From Chloroflexota bacterium (GTDB lineage: Bacteria > Chloroflexota > Anaerolineae > Anaerolineales > UBA4823), in contig JAUWPO010000002.1 of assembly GCA_030611505.1 (NCBI GenBank), positions 1 through 45,532 of the forward strand: a stretch of 45,532 bases of DNA, read 5' to 3'. Below are positions 17,695 through 25,679 of the stretch, piece by piece. The notes under the pieces were generated by a model. That model was given only the letters and a program-made list of their open reading frames with translations, ran no database searches and had not been told where the DNA came from. Positions within the stretch are counted from its first letter, which is position 1. Each line of letters starts with the position of its first letter. The translations under genes and the position numbers were made by a program.

Positions 17695-18585
17695 ATGAAA
17701 ATCATCCACTTAATAATTATCATTTCAATCACGATTTTGTTGGGGGCTTGTACAAATGATTCTCAAGCTGAGGGCACTGTCCCTTCCTCCAAAGAAAAAA
17801 GTACTATAGAAAATAAAGGCTCAGATACGATGGTCAATTTAGCATTAGCCTGGGCTGAAGAATATCATAAAATCAAACCCGATGTGATTATTTCCGTTAC
17901 GGGAGGCGGATCAGGAACAGGTATTGCGGCGCTCATTAATGGCACCGTCGATATTGCTAATGCCTCTCGCCAAATGAAGGATGTAGAATTCGAAAATGCC
18001 CTCTCAAATGGTAAGAACCCTAACGAAATCATTGTTGCACGTGACGCAATAGCAATAATTGTAAACCCAAATAATCCAATTGAGAGTTTAACTCTCAAAC
18101 AAATCTCAGATATCTATAGTGGCAAGATAAGCAATTGGATTGATATCGGGGGAGAGGACCGACCAATTGTCCGTCTTTCTCGCGAGACAAACTCTGGAAC
18201 TCACGTATATTTTCTAGAAGAAGTCCTTCGTCTTGGCGATAAAGAGGTTAAAACATTATTCTCTCAAGACACATTGCTGCTGCCCTCGTCAGAGGGTATC
18301 AGTTCAGAGATTCGGATTAACCCCAATGCAATTGGATATGATGGATTGGGTTATGTCACACCCGATTTAAAAGTTATTGCGGTTGCTAAAGACGAGGAAG
18401 CTCATTATGTATTACCTTCAGTAGAAACTGTAATTAATAACTCGTACCCCATAGCCCGCGACCTTTATATGTACATAGATGGAGAACCGACCGGTGTTAC
18501 CCAAGAATACTTGGCTTGGATCTTCAGTCCTGAAGCACAACTGATCGTAAAAGACTTAGGTTTTGTTCCTATTCATAATCCATAA
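17695..18585 (+). CDS. pstS: Phosphate-binding lipoprotein PstS (PBP family)
   Basis: ATG 17695 gives the signal peptide MKIIHLIIIISITILLGAC (lipobox LGAC). KGSDTMVNLA..., TGGGSGTG and RETNSGT phosphate-binding motifs. Confidence 0.85.
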   Translation: MKIIHLIIIISITILLGACTNDSQAEGTVPSSKEKSTIENKGSDTMVNLALAWAEEYHKIKPDVIISVTGGGSGTGIAALINGTVDIANASRQMKDVEFENALSNGKNPNEIIVARDAIAIIVNPNNPIESLTLKQISDIYSGKISNWIDIGGEDRPIVRLSRETNSGTHVYFLEEVLRLGDKEVKTLFSQDTLLLPSSEGISSEIRINPNAIGYDGLGYVTPDLKVIAVAKDEEAHYVLPSVETVINNSYPIARDLYMYIDGEPTGVTQEYLAWIFSPEAQLIVKDLGFVPIHNP

Positions 18586-18619
18586 TATTTGCGAAAATTG
18601 AACAAGCAACTCAAAATTA

Positions 18620-19516
18620 ATGCAAGAATCTCAAAATTGGTCTGAATTCATAATCACTCGCCTGATAAAAATTGCTGGCTATTCGGCCATTGTCTTTGTT
18701 GGAGCGATATTCTTCTTTTTATTGAAGGAGGGACTTTACGCCTTAACAGAAGTACAGTTCTCTACGTTTATTAGTGATCGTTGGTATCCCATAGAAGGAT
18801 ACTATGGGCTTTTACCGTTACTAGAAGGTTCACTCATCGTCACAATTGGTGCCACACTGATTGCAGTGCCAATTGGCCTGGGTACAGCCGTTTTCATTGC
18901 AGAAGTTGCACCTCGATGGGCTCGGGATGTACTCAAACCATTGGTAGAAGTATTGGGCGGGATACCATCTGTTGTATTGGGGTTTTTGGGTATTCTGGTA
19001 TTCGCACCATATTTACGTGTTCTCTTTAATTTACCCACGGGGCTTTCTGCCTTCACCGGTTCAGTGCTGTTGGCGGCAATGTCACTGCCTACTATTGTCT
19101 CCATTGCAGAAGACGCTCTTGACACAGTACCGCGTTCTTATAGAAATGCGTCTCTTGCGTTAGGAGCCACCGAATGGCAAACAATCTGGAATGTCACTGT
19201 TCCCGCCGCCCGTTCTGGTATCGTTACAGCAGTTATGCTTGGTATTGGTCGAACAATTGGAGAAACCATGACCGTGATGATGGTCACAGGTAATGCTGGG
19301 GTTCTATTTAAAGGCGTTAAAAGTTTCTTTAACCCGGTTCGTACAATGACAGCCACAATTGCTGCTGAAATGGGAGAAGTGGCAACAGGCAGCATCCATT
19401 ATCACGTCCTTTTCTTTATCGGGATTTTGCTGTTCATGTTTTCGCTGGCAATTAACATTACCGCGTATGCGGTTGTGAATAGAAAACGTAAAAGGTCTGA
19501 ACGGATCCTGTCGTAA
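18620..19516 (+). CDS. pstC: Phosphate ABC transporter permease PstC
   Basis: 298 aa, multi-TM. EAA-loop region SIAEDALDTVPRSYRNASLALGATEWQT. Confidence 0.85.
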   Translation: MQESQNWSEFIITRLIKIAGYSAIVFVGAIFFFLLKEGLYALTEVQFSTFISDRWYPIEGYYGLLPLLEGSLIVTIGATLIAVPIGLGTAVFIAEVAPRWARDVLKPLVEVLGGIPSVVLGFLGILVFAPYLRVLFNLPTGLSAFTGSVLLAAMSLPTIVSIAEDALDTVPRSYRNASLALGATEWQTIWNVTVPAARSGIVTAVMLGIGRTIGETMTVMMVTGNAGVLFKGVKSFFNPVRTMTATIAAEMGEVATGSIHYHVLFFIGILLFMFSLAINITAYAVVNRKRKRSERILS

Positions 19517-19552
19517 TCCTGTATTGTGCTTTTTGATGGTTGGAAAATAAAA

Positions 19553-20425
19553 ATGATTAGGGAATTCCTCTCAAAACCATCTTCACGATATTCAATTCAA
19601 CGACTGGGCTTTGTGATGCTCACCTTGATTGCTGTGATAACCGTTGTACCTATCATAGCCATCATTGTTCACATTTTCATGCAAGGTATGGCAGCAATCT
19701 CGTGGGAATTCTTGACCAGCTTTCCAAGAGATGGCATGCAAGCCGGTGGAATATTTCCTGCTATTGTAGGTACTTTTTTCTTGACATTAGGTACCGCTAT
19801 TCTCTCCATTCCCATAAGTATAGGTGCAGCAATATACCTAGCCGAGTATGCGCCCGATAATCGCTGGACACGCGCGATACGGATCGCAATTATTAATCTG
19901 GCTGGGATTCCTTCAGTTGTCTATGGGTTGTTTGGTTTAGGATTATTTGTAATTTTTTTGAACATTGGGACGAGTATCTTTGCCGGTTGTCTAACGTTGT
20001 CAATAATGACCTTGCCAATTTTCATCAGCACTTCCGAGGGGGCTTTAAAATCTGTTCCTCATTCCTTCAGAGTAGTGAGCATATCTTTGGGAGCTACTCG
20101 GTGGCAGACAATCCGTCGCATCGTCTTACCGCAAGCCCTACCTGGCATCCTTACGGGTGTAATACTTGGATTAGAACGAGCAGTTGGGGAAACAGCACCA
20201 ATATTATTTACAGCCGCGGCATTCTTTTTACCTCAACTACCAAACTCGCCTTTCGATCCCACGATGGCTTTGCCGTATCATTTGTTTGTCATCTCCACCC
20301 AGGTACCGGGTATGCCGATAGATATGCAATACGGAACAGCTCTGGTGCTGCTCACATTTATTATAGGTATGAATATCCTTGCCACGATCATCCGCTCTCG
20401 AGCCCGAGCACGACGACAATGGTAA
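19553..20425 (+). CDS. pstA: Phosphate ABC transporter permease PstA
   Basis: Multi-TM. SEGALKSVPHSFRVVSISLGATRWQT loop. The start could be ATG 19553 or upstream GTG 19526. Confidence 0.85.
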   Translation: MIREFLSKPSSRYSIQRLGFVMLTLIAVITVVPIIAIIVHIFMQGMAAISWEFLTSFPRDGMQAGGIFPAIVGTFFLTLGTAILSIPISIGAAIYLAEYAPDNRWTRAIRIAIINLAGIPSVVYGLFGLGLFVIFLNIGTSIFAGCLTLSIMTLPIFISTSEGALKSVPHSFRVVSISLGATRWQTIRRIVLPQALPGILTGVILGLERAVGETAPILFTAAAFFLPQLPNSPFDPTMALPYHLFVISTQVPGMPIDMQYGTALVLLTFIIGMNILATIIRSRARARRQW

Positions 20426-20443
20426 TTCCAAACCGATGGTAAG

Positions 20444-21214
20444 ATGGATAAAATAATAATCGAAAATCTTAGCTTGATCTACTCCGACGGCGCAGAATCG
20501 CTTAAAAACGTAAGTCTAAACATTCCCGTCAACACAATAACTGTTTTGTTTGGACCTGCTGGAGGAGGTAAATCAACACTGCTGCGCGTGATCAATCGCT
20601 TAAACGATTTGGCGGATGTTACTCATATATCCGGAAACGTTTTACTTGCTGACAATACGAATAAGTTTACAAATGTACTCGATCCTCAATTAGATGTCAT
20701 TGCATTACGCCGGCGCGTCGGAATGGTCTTTGCACGTCCAATCGTGTTACCATTAAGTATTCATGACAATCTCACGTATGGATTGGAAATGGCAGGTGAG
20801 AACGACAAGATGCGATTGAATGAAGCAGTGGAACGCAGCCTTCAGCAGGCTGCATTGTGGGATGAAGTCAAATATAGGCTGGATGATCCCGCAGCAGATC
20901 TATCCGGCGGACAACAACAACGTCTATGCCTGGCACGTAGCCTGGCATTTGAACCTGAAGTTATCCTTTTGGATGAACCGACATCTGGTTTGGATCCTAT
21001 ATCAACAGGAAAAGTAGAATCCTCCTTACAAGAGCTGAAAAAGCTTTACACAATTGTATTGGTGCCCCATTCAGTCCAACAAGCTGCCCGCACTGCAGAT
21101 TTTGCTGCCTTTTTCTTGCAGGGTGAAATGATTGAGTACGGTCCCGGAGAAACAATATTCATTAATCCCCGTGATGAACGCACCACAAGCTATATAGAAG
21201 GTCGTTTCGGTTAA
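20444..21214 (+). CDS. pstB: Phosphate ABC transporter ATP-binding protein paralog 2 (Q-loop Gln replaced by Ala)
   Basis: 256 aa. GPAGGGKST, canonical LSGGQQQRL, ILLDEPTSGLD, VPHSVQQAAR and a C-terminal YIEGRFG. The Q-loop reads VGMVFARP. Confidence 0.9.
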   Translation: MDKIIIENLSLIYSDGAESLKNVSLNIPVNTITVLFGPAGGGKSTLLRVINRLNDLADVTHISGNVLLADNTNKFTNVLDPQLDVIALRRRVGMVFARPIVLPLSIHDNLTYGLEMAGENDKMRLNEAVERSLQQAALWDEVKYRLDDPAADLSGGQQQRLCLARSLAFEPEVILLDEPTSGLDPISTGKVESSLQELKKLYTIVLVPHSVQQAARTADFAAFFLQGEMIEYGPGETIFINPRDERTTSYIEGRFG

Positions 21215-21290
21215 CGATATTAATAGCTTTCAGGAGCCTTTACAGTAAATCATATTCAGACTCATAAGCATATTCTTTGGGAGTCTCCCT

Positions 21291-21989
21291 ATGCCACGAG
21301 AGATCTTAGACAATAAGATAAAAACCTTATTAGGCGAAATCATCATCTTGGATAACATGGTTGAAAAGGCAACCCTTGATGCTGTAAAAGCCCTTAAAAA
21401 TCAAGACCTCGAATCAGCGCGCCGAGTGTACGAAGGTGATAAGCAAATAAATGCAAAGCGATTCGAATTGGAAAATGACTGCATGATCACGATCGCAACC
21501 CAGCAGCCGATCATGGCTGGCGATCTGCGCTTAATCGCATCGATACTGGAAGTGGTCGGAGAACTGGAAAGAATGGGTGACTATGCGAAAGGAATAGCAA
21601 AGGTTTGCTTAAAAATTGGTCACCAACCACATGCCAAGCCTCTGATCGACATACCACGCATGGCAGAAATCGCTGTCAGCATGCTCCATCGCGCTATCGA
21701 TTCTTTCGTTAACTCAGATGCCGAAACAGCGCTCCTCATTCCTGCCGAAGATGACGAAGTTGATTACCTGTACAATCAAATTTATCGCGATCTTGTTACA
21801 GTTATGTTAGCTGACCCATCCATGATTGACAGTGCAAACTACCTGATGTGGGCCGCCCATAACCTTGAACGTATGGCAGACCGGGTGACGAACATTTGTG
21901 AGCGCGCTGTCTATGTCGCTACGGGGGAAATGAAAGAACTGGCACCCTCTGATGACGAGACATTAGCTAAAAACAATTCAGATCTTTAA
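21291..21989 (+). CDS. phoU: Phosphate signalling complex protein PhoU
   Basis: 232 aa. Two PhoU repeats with E(L/R)MGD-type motifs (GELERMGDYA, HNLERMADRV). Confidence 0.85.
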   Translation: MPREILDNKIKTLLGEIIILDNMVEKATLDAVKALKNQDLESARRVYEGDKQINAKRFELENDCMITIATQQPIMAGDLRLIASILEVVGELERMGDYAKGIAKVCLKIGHQPHAKPLIDIPRMAEIAVSMLHRAIDSFVNSDAETALLIPAEDDEVDYLYNQIYRDLVTVMLADPSMIDSANYLMWAAHNLERMADRVTNICERAVYVATGEMKELAPSDDETLAKNNSDL

Positions 21990-22060
21990 CAAACGCAGGA
22001 AAGAATTCATTGCCTAGTTACAAAGTTCACGATACACTATGAATGGGAAGTGAGGTACAA

Positions 22061-22429
22061 ATGACTGCTGTAAAAATAATCGCTTACATAGCTGCAGCTA
22101 TCTTGATTTTCTTTGGTGTGCTGTTTATCTGGGGTGCTTTCAGTCCTCAAGGCTCAACAGGATGGATTCCGATTGGATTAATCAGTGTGGGGATCGGGTT
22201 TGTCTTGATATGGTTCGCAAGCCGTAGAAAACCTGCGGTAGAACAGACTGATTCTAGTGTAACATTGAATATAGATCTGCCAGGTAATGTCGATTTAGAT
22301 GCTTTTAAATGCCAATCATGCGGGGGCGCATTGACAACCGACAATATTAAGATGGTCGCAGGAGCACCGGTCGTAAGCTGCCCCTACTGCAGTACCACTT
22401 ATCAGTTAACTGAAGACCCAAAATGGTGA
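22061..22429 (+). CDS. Two-TM membrane protein with a C-terminal CX2C...CX2C zinc ribbon
   Basis: ATG 22061 lies 6 nt after GTGAGG. Two hydrophobic helices, then SRRK, then CQSCGG...CPYCST. Confidence 0.6.
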   Translation: MTAVKIIAYIAAAILIFFGVLFIWGAFSPQGSTGWIPIGLISVGIGFVLIWFASRRKPAVEQTDSSVTLNIDLPGNVDLDAFKCQSCGGALTTDNIKMVAGAPVVSCPYCSTTYQLTEDPKW

Positions 22430-22503
22430 CGAGTAACAAAGCGCATCGTAGCTAAATGCCTAAATTCACTCTTCTAGTTTATCAATCTCGAATTGGAGGG
22501 CAC

Positions 22504-24177
22504 GTGAAAAAAGTATTTCTCAGTTTATTTTTGTTATTCCTCCTGCTGGTGACTCCAGTTAATACTCTTGCGGTTACCTATTACTTCAGCCTCGACAGTA
22601 TGGATGTCCACGTTTTTATAAACGAAAATGGGACATATTCAATTGATTATTTGTTCTTCTTTTCAAACGATCCATCAGCGTCACCAATCGATTTTGTGGA
22701 TGTCGGGCTTCCTAATTCCAATTTTGACGTAAACAAAATATCAGCCGAAGTAAATGGGAAATCCATTACCGATATTTCTAAAAGCGATTACCAGGGTTCT
22801 GGTGTTGGTGTGGCGTTGGCTCTTAGAGGGGATGCAATCCAACCCGGTGAAACTGGTCAAGTTCACGTTTTTATTGATGGTGTAGATCGTGTAGTTCATC
22901 CAGACAGCCAAGACGACAATTATGCCAGCGCTGTATTTGGTACAACTTTCTTCGGTTCCCAATTTGTTACAGGCACAACCGATATATCGGTAACGTTTCA
23001 CTTACCACCAGGAGTACAACCCGAAGAACCACGCTGGCACTCAGCTCCTGACGGTTTCCCAGTCGAACCCGAAACTGGGATAGATGAACAGGGACGTGTA
23101 ACCTACACATGGAGAAACCCCCAAGCACTCGGATATAAACAATATGAATTCGGCGCTTCTTTTCCAGGGCAGTATATCCCGGCTGAATCAGTGGTGCGTA
23201 CAAGCATCTGGGGGTTTTTGGGCACCTTCACTGAGGCCCTTTGCCCCAATGTTATTTGTTGCGGTGGTATTGCTTTCGCATTGTTAGGGATATTCACGGC
23301 ATATCGCAGCACGCAAAAGCGAAAGCTTCATTACTTGCCGCCAAAAATCGCAATAGAAGGTCATGGCATCAAAAGAGGTCTGACGGCGGTAGAAGCTGCT
23401 ATTCTGCTTGAACAGCCAATGGACAAGATAATGACCATGATCTTGTTCTCCACAATAAAAAAAGGCGCTGCAACGGTAATAGAACGCGAACCACTCGAGA
23501 TTGATGTTACAGACCCACTTCCAGAAGGACTGCATGCTTATGAGACCAAGTTTCTTAACGCCATGCAAGAAAAAAGATCAGCCGCCCGTCGTAAAGATTT
23601 GCAGGAAGCCATGATTGATCTGATCAACAGTGTCTCCAAGAAGATGAAGGGTTTCAGCCGGCCTGAGACAGTGGATTACTACCGCGACATCACCAAGCGA
23701 GCATGGGCTCAAGTCGAGGCCGCCGAAACTCCGGAAGTGAAAAGCGAGAAATTTGATGAAAACATGGATTGGACGATGCTGGATGAAGATTACGAAGACC
23801 GCACTCGAGATGTATTTCGCACTGGACCGGTATTTGTCCCTATGTGGTGGCCTCGCTACGATCCGAATTATCGAGGCAGTGTCACATCAGCAAGCCCAAA
23901 ACCCGTTTCAACAACTTCACATTTACCAACCGGTACAGGAATGTCGCTTCCCCAGCTCCCAGGTTCAGCGTTTGCAGCCTCGGTTGTAACTGGTGTCCAG
24001 AATTTTTCAAGCGATGTGATCGGTAATGTAACCAATTTCACCAACGGCGTTACCCAAAAAACGAATCCCGTCCCAGTATCAAAAAGTGGCCGCGGTGGAG
24101 GTAGTTCTGGGGGTGGATGTGCTTGCGCATGTGCCTGCGCTGGCTGCGCCTGTGCCTGTGCTGGAGGAGGAAGGTAA
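22504..24177 (+). CDS. DUF2207-like single-pass membrane protein with a Gly-rich / Cys-Ala repeat C-terminal tail
   Basis: GTG 22504 lies 5 nt after GGAGGG. Features in order:
- signal peptide KKVFLSLFLLFLLLVTPVNTLA;
- about 220-aa ectodomain;
- TM segment VICCGGIAFALLGIFTAY followed by RSTQKRK;
- GLTAVEAAILL...STIKKGAATVIE segment like the DUF2207 cytoplasmic region;
- C-terminus GRGGGSSGGGCACACACAGCACACAGGGR. Confidence 0.7.
   Translation: MKKVFLSLFLLFLLLVTPVNTLAVTYYFSLDSMDVHVFINENGTYSIDYLFFFSNDPSASPIDFVDVGLPNSNFDVNKISAEVNGKSITDISKSDYQGSGVGVALALRGDAIQPGETGQVHVFIDGVDRVVHPDSQDDNYASAVFGTTFFGSQFVTGTTDISVTFHLPPGVQPEEPRWHSAPDGFPVEPETGIDEQGRVTYTWRNPQALGYKQYEFGASFPGQYIPAESVVRTSIWGFLGTFTEALCPNVICCGGIAFALLGIFTAYRSTQKRKLHYLPPKIAIEGHGIKRGLTAVEAAILLEQPMDKIMTMILFSTIKKGAATVIEREPLEIDVTDPLPEGLHAYETKFLNAMQEKRSAARRKDLQEAMIDLINSVSKKMKGFSRPETVDYYRDITKRAWAQVEAAETPEVKSEKFDENMDWTMLDEDYEDRTRDVFRTGPVFVPMWWPRYDPNYRGSVTSASPKPVSTTSHLPTGTGMSLPQLPGSAFAASVVTGVQNFSSDVIGNVTNFTNGVTQKTNPVPVSKSGRGGGSSGGGCACACACAGCACACAGGGR
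24118..24162 (+). other. Coding Cys-Ala repeat (CACACACAGCACACA, 7 Cys in 15 residues)
   Basis: Reads tgt gct tgc gca tgt gcc tgc gct ggc tgc gcc tgt gcc tgt gct. Codon usage is mixed, so this is not a simple DNA microsatellite. Confidence 0.9.
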
Positions 24178-24258
24178 ATACAGTTTCTATAATCTTGTTG
24201 ATATTTGTTGCTAACTAACGTCAATGATAAACAATATTACCATGTACTGACCGCTAAA

Positions 24259-25614
24259 ATGAGTATAAAGAATTTTCTCAACACTCTAAAAACCACGATT
24301 AACAGTTCTCAGTTCGATAACCCCACCCCTGGTTTATATCACTATGAACGCCAGACGGTCGGCGAGAAAAGCCGCATTCACCTGCGTATCGACGAAGACG
24401 GAAGTGGTTTGTTATTAGTAAATGCAAGTCGGGTAATGCATCTCAATCCGACGGCTGCTTTTATGTCATATTTAACATTAGGTGAATTCCCGACAGAACA
24501 GGCTGTGCGAGCCTTAAACAGCCGTTACAAAATTACTTCTCATCAAGCGAAGTACGACTATACGCATCTTGTTGAGCAGATTAATGAATTGATCCGTCCA
24601 GACAGCGTTTGTCCCATTCATGATCTGGATTTGGTGATAACCCCACCTTTCAGCATAAAACCGTCTGCCCCATACCGCATGGACCTGGCGCTAACTTATC
24701 GCTGCAATAACGATTGTCCCCATTGCTATAACGCCCGTCCAAGAAACTTTCCTGAAATGTCTACCGGAGACTGGGAAGTGGTGCTCGATCATCTCTGGCA
24801 GATCAGTATACCTCACGTTGTCTTCACGGGAGGAGAACCAACACTAAGAAAAGATCTTTGTGAATTAATACGCCACGCCGAAAATAATGGTCAAATTACA
24901 GGAATTAACACCAACGGCAGACGGCTTAGTGACCCTGAATATGTAAACAAATTAGTCCATGCTGGATTGGATCATGTACAGATCACGCTTGAATCACACG
25001 ATGAAAACGTTCACGATAATATGGTTCACTCGCACGGAGCCTGGGCGCAAACTGTATCAGGCATCCGGAACGCTTTGGATAGTCCACTCTTCGTCATGAC
25101 GAACTCAACGATGCTGAAGGAGAACATTCCGTTCTTAGAAGAAACTTTGGAATTCCTGGCTTCGCTCGGTGTCCCTACGGTCGGATTGAACGCTCTAATC
25201 TATTCTGGTCGCGGGGCAACTGTCGGAACAGGGATAGATGAAAAAGAGCTACAGCCATTGTTGGAAATCGCCCGGGAAATAACAGAGAAAAATAACCAGA
25301 GATTGATCTGGTATACACCTACCCAGTATTGCAATTTTGACCCTATGCAGTTGGAATTGGGCGTTAAAGGATGTACAGCAGCCTTGTATAACATGTGCAT
25401 CGAACCCGATGGAGGCGTACTCCCCTGCCAGTCATACTACCAACCTTTAGGTAATATTATCCAGGACTCGTGGGATTCAATTTGGAATCACGAACTTGCA
25501 ATTTCTCTCCGCGAGCGAAGATACATTCCGGATAAGTGCTCTGATTGTATATTATTATCCGAATGTGGTGGCGGCTGTCCGTTATACTCAAAATATGCTG
25601 ACGATGCTCAATGA
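24259..25614 (+). CDS. Radical SAM/SPASM enzyme with an N-terminal PqqD/RRE-like domain
   Basis: CX3CX2C = CNNDCPHC (nt 24703-24726). FTGGEPTL. SPASM CX12GX4C ... CX2CX5CX3C (nt 25372-25578). The N-terminal domain has the LLLVNASRVMHLNPTAAFMSYL pattern. The start is ATG 24259, or TTG 24205 as in the track. Confidence 0.85.
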   Translation: MSIKNFLNTLKTTINSSQFDNPTPGLYHYERQTVGEKSRIHLRIDEDGSGLLLVNASRVMHLNPTAAFMSYLTLGEFPTEQAVRALNSRYKITSHQAKYDYTHLVEQINELIRPDSVCPIHDLDLVITPPFSIKPSAPYRMDLALTYRCNNDCPHCYNARPRNFPEMSTGDWEVVLDHLWQISIPHVVFTGGEPTLRKDLCELIRHAENNGQITGINTNGRRLSDPEYVNKLVHAGLDHVQITLESHDENVHDNMVHSHGAWAQTVSGIRNALDSPLFVMTNSTMLKENIPFLEETLEFLASLGVPTVGLNALIYSGRGATVGTGIDEKELQPLLEIAREITEKNNQRLIWYTPTQYCNFDPMQLELGVKGCTAALYNMCIEPDGGVLPCQSYYQPLGNIIQDSWDSIWNHELAISLRERRYIPDKCSDCILLSECGGGCPLYSKYADDAQ

Positions 25615-25679
25615 ATGAAGTGTTTTTCATCCAAAGGCTATTTCACAATCAATCAATTAATAAGATGATTAAATAGAGT

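Noticed and set aside
24118-24162. The tgy-gcn repeat, considered as a DNA-level microsatellite or CRISPR-like repeat.
   Set aside because: The period is 6 nt with varied codons, there are no spacers and it lies inside a reading frame. It is a protein-level repeat. No CRISPR array exists anywhere in the window.
23868-24224. 118-aa minus-strand ORF with an AQAQAQPAQAHAQAH repeat.
   Set aside because: It is the reverse-complement reading of the Cys-Ala/Gly tail of the plus-strand gene. No independent support.
25615-25668. Tiny ORF (MKCFSSKGYFTINQLIR, 17 aa) between the two rSAM genes, considered as a possible RiPP precursor.
   Set aside because: It has one Cys, no RBS and no leader/core organisation, and it is too short to judge. 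Noted only so that it can be checked in homologous cassettes.
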